A stretch of 64,000 nt of DNA from Schmidtea polychroa (Eukaryota). Under the pieces are notes generated by a model, which made no database searches, was not told the origin of the DNA, and worked only from the letters and a program-made list of their open reading frames with translations. Of this stretch, positions 42,009 to 53,208 are shown piece by piece. The stretch spans positions 87,708,397 to 87,772,396 of the forward strand of contig CM097887.1 in the NCBI GenBank assembly GCA_044892525.1. Direction: 5' to 3'. Made by a program: the position numbers and the translations under genes. Position 1 is the stretch's first letter. Each line of letters begins with the position of its first letter.

Positions 42009-42674
42009 TCATTCCTTTTTGCCACATTCAAGCACAGACACCGTTTTAGGGCCTCTGTTATACTTCTCTTCATTTCCCCTCATACACTTCTTCGCGGAAT
42101 ATAATTACCCATCAACCCATATTTTTCGTCGATTTTAAATTATCTATTTGGGGTAGTAACAATTATCTATATAGTCGTATAAATTATCTATAGTTAGCAT
42201 TTATAATATCGATAGGTCGTTGTCGGTTACTGCTTATTACCTCCCATATTTTCTTAATCCTTTTACGCGGTTCCGCTATTTTACTTAATCTTTCATCTCT
42301 GTTTCCCCTTATTTGGTTCTACTCTGTAACCAAAACAAAATTCGTTTAACCGGTTTAAACCAAAAAAATTCTGTAGAACTTTGTCTACTTATCTGGGATC
42401 CCTTTTAATTAATTAATCACCTTCCTCTTTTACTCATCACTTATTCTTTATTTTCATTATCTCTTTAATTCATTTTCCTTTTCAGTTTCTCTTTCTCACT
42501 GAAAAAAAAATTTCATTATTACCTCCCACGAGCTCGTTTAATCCTTTCTAAATTCAAATACCATATTTCAAACTCACTTTGCTTCTAGCTAGCTTTAATA
42601 TTCCATCTCACTAGTAATTTAAATGTTATCAACTTGTAGCTTGAATGCTATCTCACTATTACTTTAGGCCTTTA

Positions 42675-43189
42675 CGACTGGCTGGCACTTTTCAACAGCT
42701 CAATCTTCTTCTCCTGACCGGTTGGACTATTCAACAACTCGATCTTACGACTGGCTGGCACTATTCAACAGCTCAATCTTCTTCATCTCCGAACTGGCTG
42801 GACTTTTCACAGCTCAGTTTTAATTTTTCCTGACCGGCTGGACTTTTCAACAGCTCGGCCTTAATATCTCCGACTGGCTGGACTTTTCACAGCTCAGTTT
42901 TAATTTTTCCTGACCGGCTGGACTTTTCAACAGCTCGGCCTTAATATCTCCGACTGGCTGGGCTTTTCACAGCTCAGTTTTAATTTTTCCTGACCGGCTG
43001 GACTTTTCAACAGCTCGGCCTTAATATCTCCGACTGGCTGGACTTTTCACAGCTCAGTTTTAATTTTTCCTGACCGGCTGGACTTTTCAACAGCTCGGCC
43101 TTAATATCTCCGACTGGCTGGACTTTTCACAGCTCAGTTTCAATTTCCCTGACCGGCTGGACTTTTCAACAGCTCGGCCTTAATGTCTC
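42675..43189. repeat. Tandem array of about 13 x 40-bp subunits in an 80-bp A/B dimer
   Basis: CGACTGGCTG recurs at 42871, 42951, 43031, 43111; core GGCTGGACTTTTCA(A)CAGCTC; older degenerate units at the left end. Confidence 0.93.
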
Positions 43190-43773
43190 TAAACTCTGCA
43201 TGCTTCCGTTCCTTTTCTGTCTTTATTCTATACTGTCATCTTCCTATTTTTACTTTTATTTGTCGACTTAATCTGTACCGCTTTGGAAGGTTTCCCCTTT
43301 CCCCCCTTGCTCAAAACGCAAAACGATCGCATTGATCCATTTCTACATTGGTATGGTGATCAGCCATACCGCAGAAACTTTTCAATATTCGCGATGGTAC
43401 CTCGCCTTACATCTCTTACTCGGGGTGATCGGTTGTCCCTTCCCAAATGGTTCCAATATCGTACCTCCCGAAGGTGGCTCGGTTTATTCCCCCTTTAACA
43501 CTATGATGGGACTAGTTCCACTTTAAAAAATCAATTTAAATTTTTAAAACGCCCTTTCTTCATGGTGAAAATTATAACAACACAAATCAATTTATAACTT
43601 CGTATAATGAAATGAATACACAAAAAGGATTTATTAGTTATTTACTCCACATTACAGATAATATATGCTATCATTATAAAACATTACCGAATTAATTCAG
43701 AACAAAAATAAAAAAAAATGTTTAATCTAATTGTTAATCATCCAATTTCCTTCACCGAGCGACGATCGCGTAC

Positions 43774-44253
43774 CTAACTGAAGTAGATTGTGTGCTTCTC
43801 TTTTATTACACATGTGCACATAGAACAAAGGATTAAACTGGCGGCGCATTCGTCACAATGGCTAAGGTGCCCACAAGGTAGAATCAGAATTTTGACAGGT
43901 CGCATCTTGCAAATGTTACAAGTTCTCAAGGCCGCTGCTTTCTCTACTATTGATGTTCGTATCCGCTGAGACAGAGTTTTGACTCGTTCGCGTATCCTCA
44001 CATATTCGATGTTCAGAGCGGGGTCGTCGAGACGTTGCTGAAACCATTGGTAATGAATAGACAAGTCGATATCGGTATTTGTTGATCCTAATCTGTCGGT
44101 TAGAAAGTTTTGTTTGGATATCAGCAGTGCGTTGTGGCTTTGTTGTTCTAGCAGTTCTATTTGTTTCAGTTTTTCTCTTAATGTTTTTATTGAATCATTT
44201 TCTATTTCGACGAACCGGCTTAGCTGTTGTAGATGTTGTCTAGCTTCTGACAT
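43774..44253 (-). CDS. Upstream ORF: coiled coil plus C-terminal IAP-type RING (159 aa)
   Basis: CNICKMRPVKILILPCGHLSHCDECAASLILCSMC; lies between PBS and gag. Confidence 0.85.
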   Translation of the reverse strand: MSEARQHLQQLSRFVEIENDSIKTLREKLKQIELLEQQSHNALLISKQNFLTDRLGSTNTDIDLSIHYQWFQQRLDDPALNIEYVRIRERVKTLSQRIRTSIVEKAAALRTCNICKMRPVKILILPCGHLSHCDECAASLILCSMCTCVIKEKHTIYFS

Positions 44254-44687
44254 ATCTAAATGAATGTGTTGTTATTATTTTGTTCCTGCTGGTATTAAAA
44301 ATAATATTATTATATTTGTATTTAGTATTCGTTGACTTCTGTGCGTTAGTGTTTTAACTTTTGTATTTTATTCGATCTTTGAAGTTCCCCTTTCATCTTT
44401 TCGCTTTAATCACTTACTTTCTCCGCCCCCCCTTTTATTTTAACCAGTTAAAATTAACCACAATAACCAATTCCCGTTTTCTTTTCTCATCATACTTCAT
44501 CACATTCATTCCAACTCATTTAGGTTCGTTTCATTCACCACATGCTCTATTTCAAACTCAGACAGTTCGTATCATTTTATTGCACTATAATTCATTTCAG
44601 CCCCGATTCCGTTTTTATCATAATTAATTAAATTGTTAATCTAACACATCATAACACAAAAATAGACAATCAAACAAATCAATATAG

Positions 44688-44705
44688 ATCCCGGCTGAGC
44701 CCCCA
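44688..44705 (-). promoter_or_regulatory. Primer-binding site, tRNA-Pro-like, 7 nt from the LTR end
   Basis: TGGGGGCTCAGCCGGGAT, 16/18 to the classical Pro PBS TGGGGGCTCGTCCGGGAT. Confidence 0.8.
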
Positions 44706-44712
44706 AAAATCA

Positions 44713-47700
44713 TGTTGGCGTATGTGGAGAAGAAAAAAAAATTATACATGCCTTTCCATCACACCTATCAAGCATCATGGCTCCGTTATACATTTTCTAC
44801 ACATACTCCAAATGATTGATTGCATATTCCCACATATGAGCCCATGGTGATGTTCCATGTTGGTGCTGCTCACACGGGTCGGAAAAGGTTAGCAGGTGAG
44901 CCCCTGCCTTAGGACTACTCCTAACCCTTTCTCAGTTCGGGTCCCACGGTGCCTTAGAAGGACTTACCCATATACATGCGTGTCACTCGGTCTGATCCTG
45001 GTCCAAAGGAACAACCTTCAACCTTAATTATCTTCATTCCGCAGCATTATCTCATCTACTCTAATTGCACAAACAAATATATGAAAGCTCGACAAAACTA
45101 AAATCAAACAGAAAATTTTATTGGCACTGAAACGATAAAAATATCATTACTACTAACAGATCAACAACAGTCAAAAAGATATAACATTAGCAACATTCAC
45201 GAGATAATTTACAACTCAATGAAGAGGAAATCAAGCTCAATTTTACATCACATTAAACAAAGTTATCCCCATCGGCCAGTATCTCATCTATGTCGACCGG
45301 TAATCGGCTATCTACAATGTGTTTGATGCCCTCAGCTGGAACAATGCGGAAGACTTCCTTTGAGGGGATTGAATGGGAGGACGTTATCTCTTGGATTTTT
45401 GATTTCGCCGCCGATAAGGACGTCTCGAGTGCTGTCATCGCATCTCGGCGTTTTTGGTTCTTCTCGGCTCGAGTTGGCCGTTTCCGTTTGCGGGTAGTCG
45501 GGGGTTTTTCGGTGTTCGTGGTACCGATTGGTGCTACCAAGATGGGAGCTACGATGGGATCAGTAGGTCCACCTATCTTTGGCTGGTGACATGACAACAC
45601 CGGGGGTGGAATGGGCGGCAGTTGTGAGCCGTGCCCCTGGCAGTGCGAGCCGGAAGATGTAGGAGACGGGTGGTGACGAGGAAAAACATTCGTCCCATCC
45701 AGAACGGGGAATTCTCGCACCCGCTTAGCCAATTCTGCCTCCGTATATACCTTATGGAGGGCTTCTGACTGTGCTTTGATGGTGAGCCGCTGACAACGGC
45801 TTTCCTCTAGCAGGCTGTCCCTGCAATGCTCTAATCGGAGAATTTTCTTGCGTTCCTCTTTCATTTGTGGCGGGGAGAACCACGTTCCTTCATAGAGATC
45901 AATTCTCTTTTTGAGAGCCCCGATATATAAGTGGAGTTGGGCGATATCCGCGTTCTTGTCCGCACAAGAAAAACACGGGCGAAGTTCTTTGGCGTTGTTG
46001 GACGATGTAGCCATCTAGAAAATCAATCATTGTTTATATTTACTCGAAGAAACCTCTATCAGTGTGAAGAAAAATCAAATTTTTGGGCATGGTTTTGGAG
46101 TTTGATCAAACATACCACCCAACGATGACCCACACACTTCTTCATCCATCTCTATACGCAGTCATTCAGTTGCAAACATTCAAATCTCTTCACCTGATTC
46201 GTGTAATTTAAGAAAAGGAAACGGGGATTCGTATACCAAAAATTCTTTCTACACAAACCTCGCCCTTTGAGTTTAATTTCGGATGGGCCATTCCCAGGTA
46301 AAACCCGTCTTTTACTTTATCCCCTTCAACCTTGTTCCCATTAGTATATTTTAATTAAGAATTTTTGCCGATATCATTATGGCAATTCGTCGAGGTAGGC
46401 CTGCCTAACATTACAGAGAAATAATTCACGGCGACGGAATAGATTATTTATGTTTTTATCTCGTTCAAAATTATGGAATTGATTGTGTAATCAGTTGAAA
46501 ATTCAGCTCTAATCTACATCTAATTAATTCCAATAACGCGTCGAAAATCGTCGTCATGGAAAACGTTTACTTGTGATTATGCATTATGATTGACGGTGTA
46601 GGTGTGTCATTACTCCTGGTGGTATCTGTAACTGTATGTTGGCTATCTCCGCGAATGATGGTTTATGCTGTTATAATAAATTATTGTATATCGAGTTGTG
46701 TAGGGGAAATCCATCCCCTTACTTCATCCTATTATCTCGCTATTCTAGAGAAATTTATACCATCATGCCGCTATTACATCACCAAAATCGTTGATTTCCT
46801 TTTACACTGCCCTATGCATATTTGACTGTGGTGCGTGTGTATGTGCATGCTCAAGTCGGAATATTAGCGGTTGCGTAATAGATTCCTCAAATAAGCAGCC
46901 GTAGATGAATCGAAAAATCAGATTAATCAATCTGAGTGGGCGACAACTTCATAGATTATTGGGTAAGCTCAACAATATCATCTAATTTCCTTTTACGATA
47001 TTAATTCAGATCAATGACTATCAGCTTATTCATTTGACATTTTCCCAGAAAAGTTAACATGTTATCTCCTTCTCCAGGACGTTATCAGATATCTCCTGTC
47101 GACTAACTCTACGCAGGCCAATGCAAATCAACTGATTTCGTTATCGTTGACAACTACTGTCTGCGGGCTCGAAGTAAGAATTTTGATAATTTCACTACAA
47201 GATGGTTACTTCCCTGTCAGCGAGAGATTCTTTATCACTGGCATTGGTGACTCAAGGACGACAATCAAATCGTAAGAGTACATCGACAATGGATGTAGCC
47301 GCTAACATCATGACGGCACAAATCAGACAGAACCTTGCAAACGCAGAGCGTCACCGAAAAATCGTTGGATTTACTTGCAATCTATGGTCGACACCGTTCT
47401 TTCCTAACTACGTCGATTGACCGGCTGAATATCACGAAAAGAATTTTCCTCCTATCTATGTGGATTATCATCGAATCTGTACGAACGTCACTGCCTATCT
47501 CGCTCTGAATTGTCTGCATTCGGAATTCAAATCATCTCTACATCTACTGGAAATCTCGATTTAACTAAATGAACCGATGGTACGCTCTACAGACGATCGC
47601 GCTTGATGAAGGAACGGTCATTTATTAACTGGATGTTCCACCTACTGAGTTTCTTCACCCCTCACGACACACCCAAGAAGGCATTCATTGCTGCCACCTC

Positions 47701-48949
47701 CTTGCACCGTCATGAGGGACCAATCAACTCTTTTCCATTCAATCAAATCAACAATATAATAATCAAACTGAATGATAGAAAATGCATAAATAAAATTTAC
47801 CCGGCGACCATATCATTTGGATCTCCGAGTATGATGTTGCTCCTCCTACATGATCGAAACCTCATCGTCTCCTTGGTGGATCTCTAATATGACAAATATC
47901 ACTCTCTACAAATATCACATTCCCTTTTCAGCATGTTCGTGATTTCTTATGCATACCAACCTTTCCACGGTGGTGTCCTCTACTGCAGTGCAATTCCAAC
48001 TCGTCCACATCATACTGGGAGCTCTCAGATGGTACAGTCGTCGGTACCATGAAGAAAGGCAACTTTTCATTTAAATAAATTTATTATAAGAAATTGTTTT
48101 ATTATATTTATTATGATTAACTAAATTAAACTAATAACCATAAATAAAACAACTGTCGAGGCATACCTTGAGTTTCGAAAACTGAAGTTAAATCGGTTGA
48201 ATTTAAAATTTTTCCCGAATGGATTTGTAGTTTGGCCTCTATATATTTCTTCCTCGGTTTGGTTTGGTAATCTCTGAACTAGTTCGCTGTAGGATAATTA
48301 AAGGTTCCGAAATCTGTCAAGTCTGTAGAAAAAATTTTTTAAAAGTGGTAGTATATAACGAACCGAAGTTTACCTGTAGAAAAAATTTTTTAAAAGTGGT
48401 AATCTACAGATATTTTCCGTTCCTTATATATTATTTTTCGTCCAATCAGGACACGACTTGTTTGTATTTTTACTATTTATTATTATTTTTATGTTTTTTA
48501 TTATAATATATTAGATTTTAATGACTTAACTTATTTCCTATTATTATTTTATTTATTTTCTTATTTTTATTATTTTCCTCCTATTTTTCCTGTGGATTTA
48601 TTGCTACTTTATTGTAATATAATTTTTTGTTTTAATTAGACTTAAAGATAGTTTTATTTTTTATTTATTTCTTAAATTTCTCTTTTATTTGTTGTCACTT
48701 TTTTACTTATTTTATTCTATTTCATCTGCTGGGTCCTAAATCGCTTTATTTCTAAATCTCAAGGGGTTTATTGGGTTTTATTTAGTTTGTTTTACTTATT
48801 CTTATTCTCTTATTGATATTTTATTGTTCCTTTTTGATTTATTAGCGAGAATTTGATGGTACTTTATATTTTTATTTTATTTCGTTTATTTTTCAAGGAT
48901 TACCTTTCTATTCGCTCCAGTTTTCGAAACTCCACGTTTTAGCCCAACA
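44713..48949 (-). repeat. 5' LTR of element B
   Basis: Copy of 18289-22525, adjacent to the PBS. Confidence 0.97.
45253..46014 (-). CDS. LTR-encoded ORF, 5' LTR copy
   Basis: Same 253-aa translation as 18829-19590. Confidence 0.75.
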   Translation of the reverse strand: MATSSNNAKELRPCFSCADKNADIAQLHLYIGALKKRIDLYEGTWFSPPQMKEERKKILRLEHCRDSLLEESRCQRLTIKAQSEALHKVYTEAELAKRVREFPVLDGTNVFPRHHPSPTSSGSHCQGHGSQLPPIPPPVLSCHQPKIGGPTDPIVAPILVAPIGTTNTEKPPTTRKRKRPTRAEKNQKRRDAMTALETSLSAAKSKIQEITSSHSIPSKEVFRIVPAEGIKHIVDSRLPVDIDEILADGDNFV

Positions 48950-48953
48950 AAAA

Positions 48954-48983
48954 CGAGGGAGGCCCCGCAAGAACCCGGTCTAG
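48954..48983 (+). pseudogene. 3' end of the interrupted AT-hook ORF (RGRPRKNPV*)
   Basis: In frame with 17950-18288 after removing element B. Confidence 0.85.
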
Positions 48984-49267
48984 CTCACCGGGAGTGACAA
49001 TGCGGAATGATATAATTAGTGATATTATGAGGTGCCGGATATTTTTTTTTGTTTTGTTCTTGTAGTAATTAGGACAATTTGTAAAATTTGTTTTATTATT
49101 AAAACATTTATGTGATTGTTCGGCGTGCACATTTGTCGTACTATAGATCAGCTTTTGGACACTACATATAAGTCTCATTTCGTATGGGGTGTCTCCAGGG
49201 ACGGGATGACCCCCCCCCCCCTTTTACTCTTCAGTCCTAATTTTATAATCAAATTGCCTTTATGCAC

Positions 49268-49742
49268 ATGGCTACGAGCGACGAAATTTTATTATTGTTC
49301 CCTTTTAGTGTACAAACTATTCGAGAGTCTGCGCAGGGACCGCGAACAGGCCCAACAACAAGCTGAGGACCTCCGAGGCCGGGTCGAAAAACTCAAGACG
49401 AAGTACCGGGAACTCCAAGGTACTTGGTTCTGCCCGGCCGAGATGAAGAAACGCACGGCACACATTCTGCAGCTCCAGGCCCAGGCGGAGCGGGACCAAC
49501 TCGAAATCCGAGCGTTGAAATTGCAGGTACGCTCGCTCGAAGCCAAGCTGAATGAAGGGTTCATCCAGAGCACCCTCCAAACACAAATTCGCCCGTTTCC
49601 CGTAGAACTGGCCCAGATATCCCCACCGGCCCAGACGAACAAGCCGAAACGCAAACGGTTAGGGCGGAACACCCGAGAGAAATTGAAAAGGGCCTGGCTG
49701 GCCGAGCAGGAGAAAGTGAAAGAGCCTGAAGTCAATCCATGA
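49268..49742 (+). CDS. Diverged homolog of the LTR-encoded ORF; 5' end frameshifted or spliced
   Basis: LQGTWFCPAEMKK vs YEGTWFSPPQMKE; KPKRKRLGR vs TRKRKRPTR; out-of-frame ATG GCT ACG AGC (MATS) at 49268 matches the MATS start of the LTR ORF. Confidence 0.65.
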
Positions 49743-50169
49743 TCTTGGGAGGCGTTCGAGAGTGCGTGAACAATCTGTGTAATATGGTGGTGGCTTAATA
49801 AATGATTCTTGTTATTTAATGAGTATGAGAGTGAACTTTGCCGTTGTCTAAAACAGGATGGTTGGCGGGAAGGCGCTTGGAAAAACAATCTCGATGAGGG
49901 ACCGAAATAAATCGGACACGTGCCTTCTATCGGCGTCCGTGAACCCATAGAGTGCTCGACAATTACAGTGCTTGACGCGCTCACTTTTTGCGAGTACTCA
50001 ACCCCTTGGTACAGTACCAACGTTGATTGCTCAACGGGTACCAAGAGGAAAACAATGTTGTATTCTGGGTTACGCTGGTAACAGCACTTAAACATTCAAC
50101 CACCAGTAACCCACCAATAATATATAATATATATATAATATATAATATATAATATATAATATTATAATG

Positions 50170-52809
50170 CATCTAGTCGCGCGGGGTCGGGTATTGGACA
50201 AGGGAAGAAGACAAAAAACGAGTAGTTGAGTAGATTTCCCCTTCCCGAGGAGGTACAATTATGGCTTAGATCTACCCGGTTACCGATGACGAACGATATT
50301 GACGGATGCGAATAGGTTGCCCTCTTCAGCCCTTAGAGGTTTTACTAATCATAAAAAAAATTTATCCCAATTTGTTTGCTCTCGAAACCCGCTTAATATT
50401 TGCCTCCACGCTTAAGTATGGTTTAAATTGCTTTTGGCAACTAAATAAGTTTATCATTATTAATTACCCTTAAATATCAATTTGGCCGATACCGATGATT
50501 AAAAATTTAATTTAATTATTATTGAAAATGTCTTACATCATTATCCACTTTTTTAATAAGATTGTTTAAGAGAAATAATTCGTTATAAAATTCCATTAAC
50601 AATTCTAATTATTAGTAGATTATTCAATTAATATTTCTCTAAGAGACGCTCGTTGTGGTTAATCATCTGTTAGTCGATAATTATGAAGTGTTCAGTTTAT
50701 GTCATTTGTGGTATGTGGAACTTAGCGCTAATAAAACTACTGTGAGCTAACACCGGGACTATCGCCACATGCCGGTCATTATCTGTATGATTACTGGCGA
50801 CCATGTACTCAGGTAAAATATTATCTGTTGTCATACGATGGAATTCCCTGAGACCACTCGTAAATTGTGCACTCTCCTAATCTTATCCACATGCGGTATC
50901 CAGTTGGTTTTATCATGACGCAAATATGCTATACATACATTGTGATTCAACTGCTGGTTGCAGTGGTGAGTGAAATAGACTCTCTGTCGTTATCTATCCC
51001 GATGCAAAATTAACTCAATATCTCATGCGGTGGATGCTAACGCTATGTATGATGGTATCTTAGGGGTGTCGTTTCTCGTGCATGTGCATCGTTTACTTAC
51101 TATCGGCTATAGTACTTATCTGTACACGTTATCTAGTGGAATTTTGATTTGTGTGCATGTAGTAGCAGATAATCTTAACCATTATATCGACCTCATGGTT
51201 GTTCCTGCTCAAGCTATGGAAATGAGATACTTGACTACGAGTCGCGACTGTATCAACGCTGGATATTTATGTGGTGAGAAAGATCTTTCTATACTGGTCA
51301 TAAATCTCTGCAATTCTTATCTTGTAAGTGGATATTTCGGACGGCTCGTGGAAAATTCATCTATGTCAGGTAACACGAATTGTCTTGGTATCTGTTTTAA
51401 AATAAATTTTCGTTGTAACCTTAGTGTTATGATTTAATTCGTTCCTTTAACTACCATTCAACTATTACCTCGTAGTCACATTGTACGAATTAGGACTCAA
51501 CTTCTCAATTCAAGTTTATTGACGAAAAACGAAGTTTACACTCAGGTGCTCAACATGACACTGGAATTTGTCGGTGATGAAAGTCAATCGACGGTTTAAA
51601 ATAACATTGTGACTTTGGAGTTAGCGACATGAATATCCTAGAAGATGACGATTTATCATTATAGAAATCTCATGGTAACCACCTCAACCACTGTGAAGCA
51701 TAAATCCTAATTTTTCTACAATTTTGAAGAATTATCGCTACCACTTCTTTCTTGGCATTTCTATAGATTTTGAGTTACCCTCAGCGATAGGGCCCGTGAG
51801 GAAGCCCCTACATTTCGGCCCAATACAGATGCGTGATTGAAGAACCTCATGTCCACCGGCTGAGCTCCCGAAGGCACCTCACACCATGACATGAAGTTCC
51901 TCAACTCCACGTTACTCGAGACAATAAGTTTTATTCATAAAATTCTAAACTCATAACATAAATCATAAAAATTGCTGAAAATAAAATCATTTATTGTTCT
52001 CCATTACATTTACATATTCAATCATTATCATGGTTAAAACTTTAAAGGGAACCAAATGAAGAGAATTAAAAAAAGTTTTTTAATTTCCAATATTTAACAT
52101 TACTTTTAACTTTTGAAAAAGAATAAGTAAATGAATAAAATGAAGTACTTCTTACTATCGTATCGAGTTGGTTAGGCTGAATCGAAAAATCTCGCTGTGT
52201 CCGTTAAATGAATTGTCTAATTCGGAATTAGTCGTCCTGTGTGCTTGTTGATGAGTACGCTGTAGTCGGTTTTGCTCTCCGGTAAGTTGTTGTTGTCCAC
52301 TAGTGTATTTCCTGATTGAATATCTTGATTTATCGTGTTGGATCTATAGCAGGTTGAAATCAACATTTTAACAATTTTGAACTCGGCTTACCTATAGCAG
52401 GTTGAAATTAACATTAACTTAAGTGAGTTTTAGATTTCCTTATATAGTAATTCGGCGTTTATGCGGACCAATCAAAATTGAGTACCGCTTATTTTAATTA
52501 ATTTAATTTCTTTTTCCTGTTTTTGATTATGTCTTCTTGCTTTTCTTATTTTTCTTATATTTTTTATTTATTCTTTTAATTTTCTTCAATATTTATTACA
52601 TTTTTCATCATTTTGTCTGTTAATCTATTTCCTATTTTTAATTTTCTTATTTTCTTATTTTGTTTTAATTCTTATTTTTTAATTATTGTTTTTCTTATTT
52701 CTTATTCTGTTTTATTCTTAAATTGTTTATTTTATTCTTATTTTCTTTACTATCTTATTTGTCTTATTTTCCTTATTTTCTAAGTTTACGTTTTCGACTC
52801 AGCCCAACA
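50170..52809 (-). repeat. Third, diverged LTR of the same group (5' terminus at 52809; left extent uncertain)
   Basis: Ends AGCCCAACA like the B LTR, preceded by a T-rich block, a short direct duplication, CCAATCA and an internal inverted arm in the same order as in B. Confidence 0.6.
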
Positions 52810-52927
52810 CTACACATGATAAGGAAATTACGGGAACCCTCTTATAGCACGCGATTTACAACATTATTTTATTCTAACAGGTTAATGAATATACGGGAAT
52901 TCTCGTAAAACAATGTTCGACTATTAC

Positions 52928-53088
52928 TGTTGGGCTAAAGCCGAAAATTTGAGCGCCTCTTTAAATATGTCATAAATACATAGCATGGAAATCCCACAAA
53001 GTCGAATCAAAATATATGATTATGTAACAAATAATACACGCAACACATTGAAAATAAATAAAACATGCATAGTAAAAATGATAAACGC
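52928..53088 (+). repeat. Another LTR-like 5' terminus, TGTTGGGCTAAAGCCGAAAA, followed by A-rich sequence
   Basis: Matches the TGTTGGGCT start of the other three LTRs; extent unknown. Confidence 0.45.
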
Positions 53089-53208
53089 AAGTTACAATCA
53101 CCAACATACTTAAGAGAGAAACAACACATTCAAAAAATCTGGCAACTCGAGTTTACAGATTTTTTGAATGTGTTGTTTCTCTCTTAAGTATGTTGGTGAT
53201 TGTAACTT
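53089..53208. repeat. 120-bp near-perfect palindrome
   Basis: 53-bp arms (53089-53141, 53156-53208) around a centre containing the palindrome AACTCGAGTT. Confidence 0.95.

Larger units (their letters stand above)
18289..48949 (-). mobile_element. Element B: complete 30,661-bp Ty3/Gypsy-type LTR retroelement with env-like glycoprotein (Burro-like)
   Basis: Paired 4,237-bp LTRs with constant offset 26,424, TSD, PBS, uninterrupted gag-env-pol ORF. Confidence 0.97.

Noticed and set aside
42675-43189. CRISPR-like look (constant core, variable spacer)
   Set aside because: Spacers themselves repeat with 80-bp period, there are no cas genes, and the context is a eukaryotic retroelement.
49292-50095. 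267-aa minus-strand ORF
   Set aside because: Mostly the antisense shadow of the plus-strand homolog; no recognisable motif.
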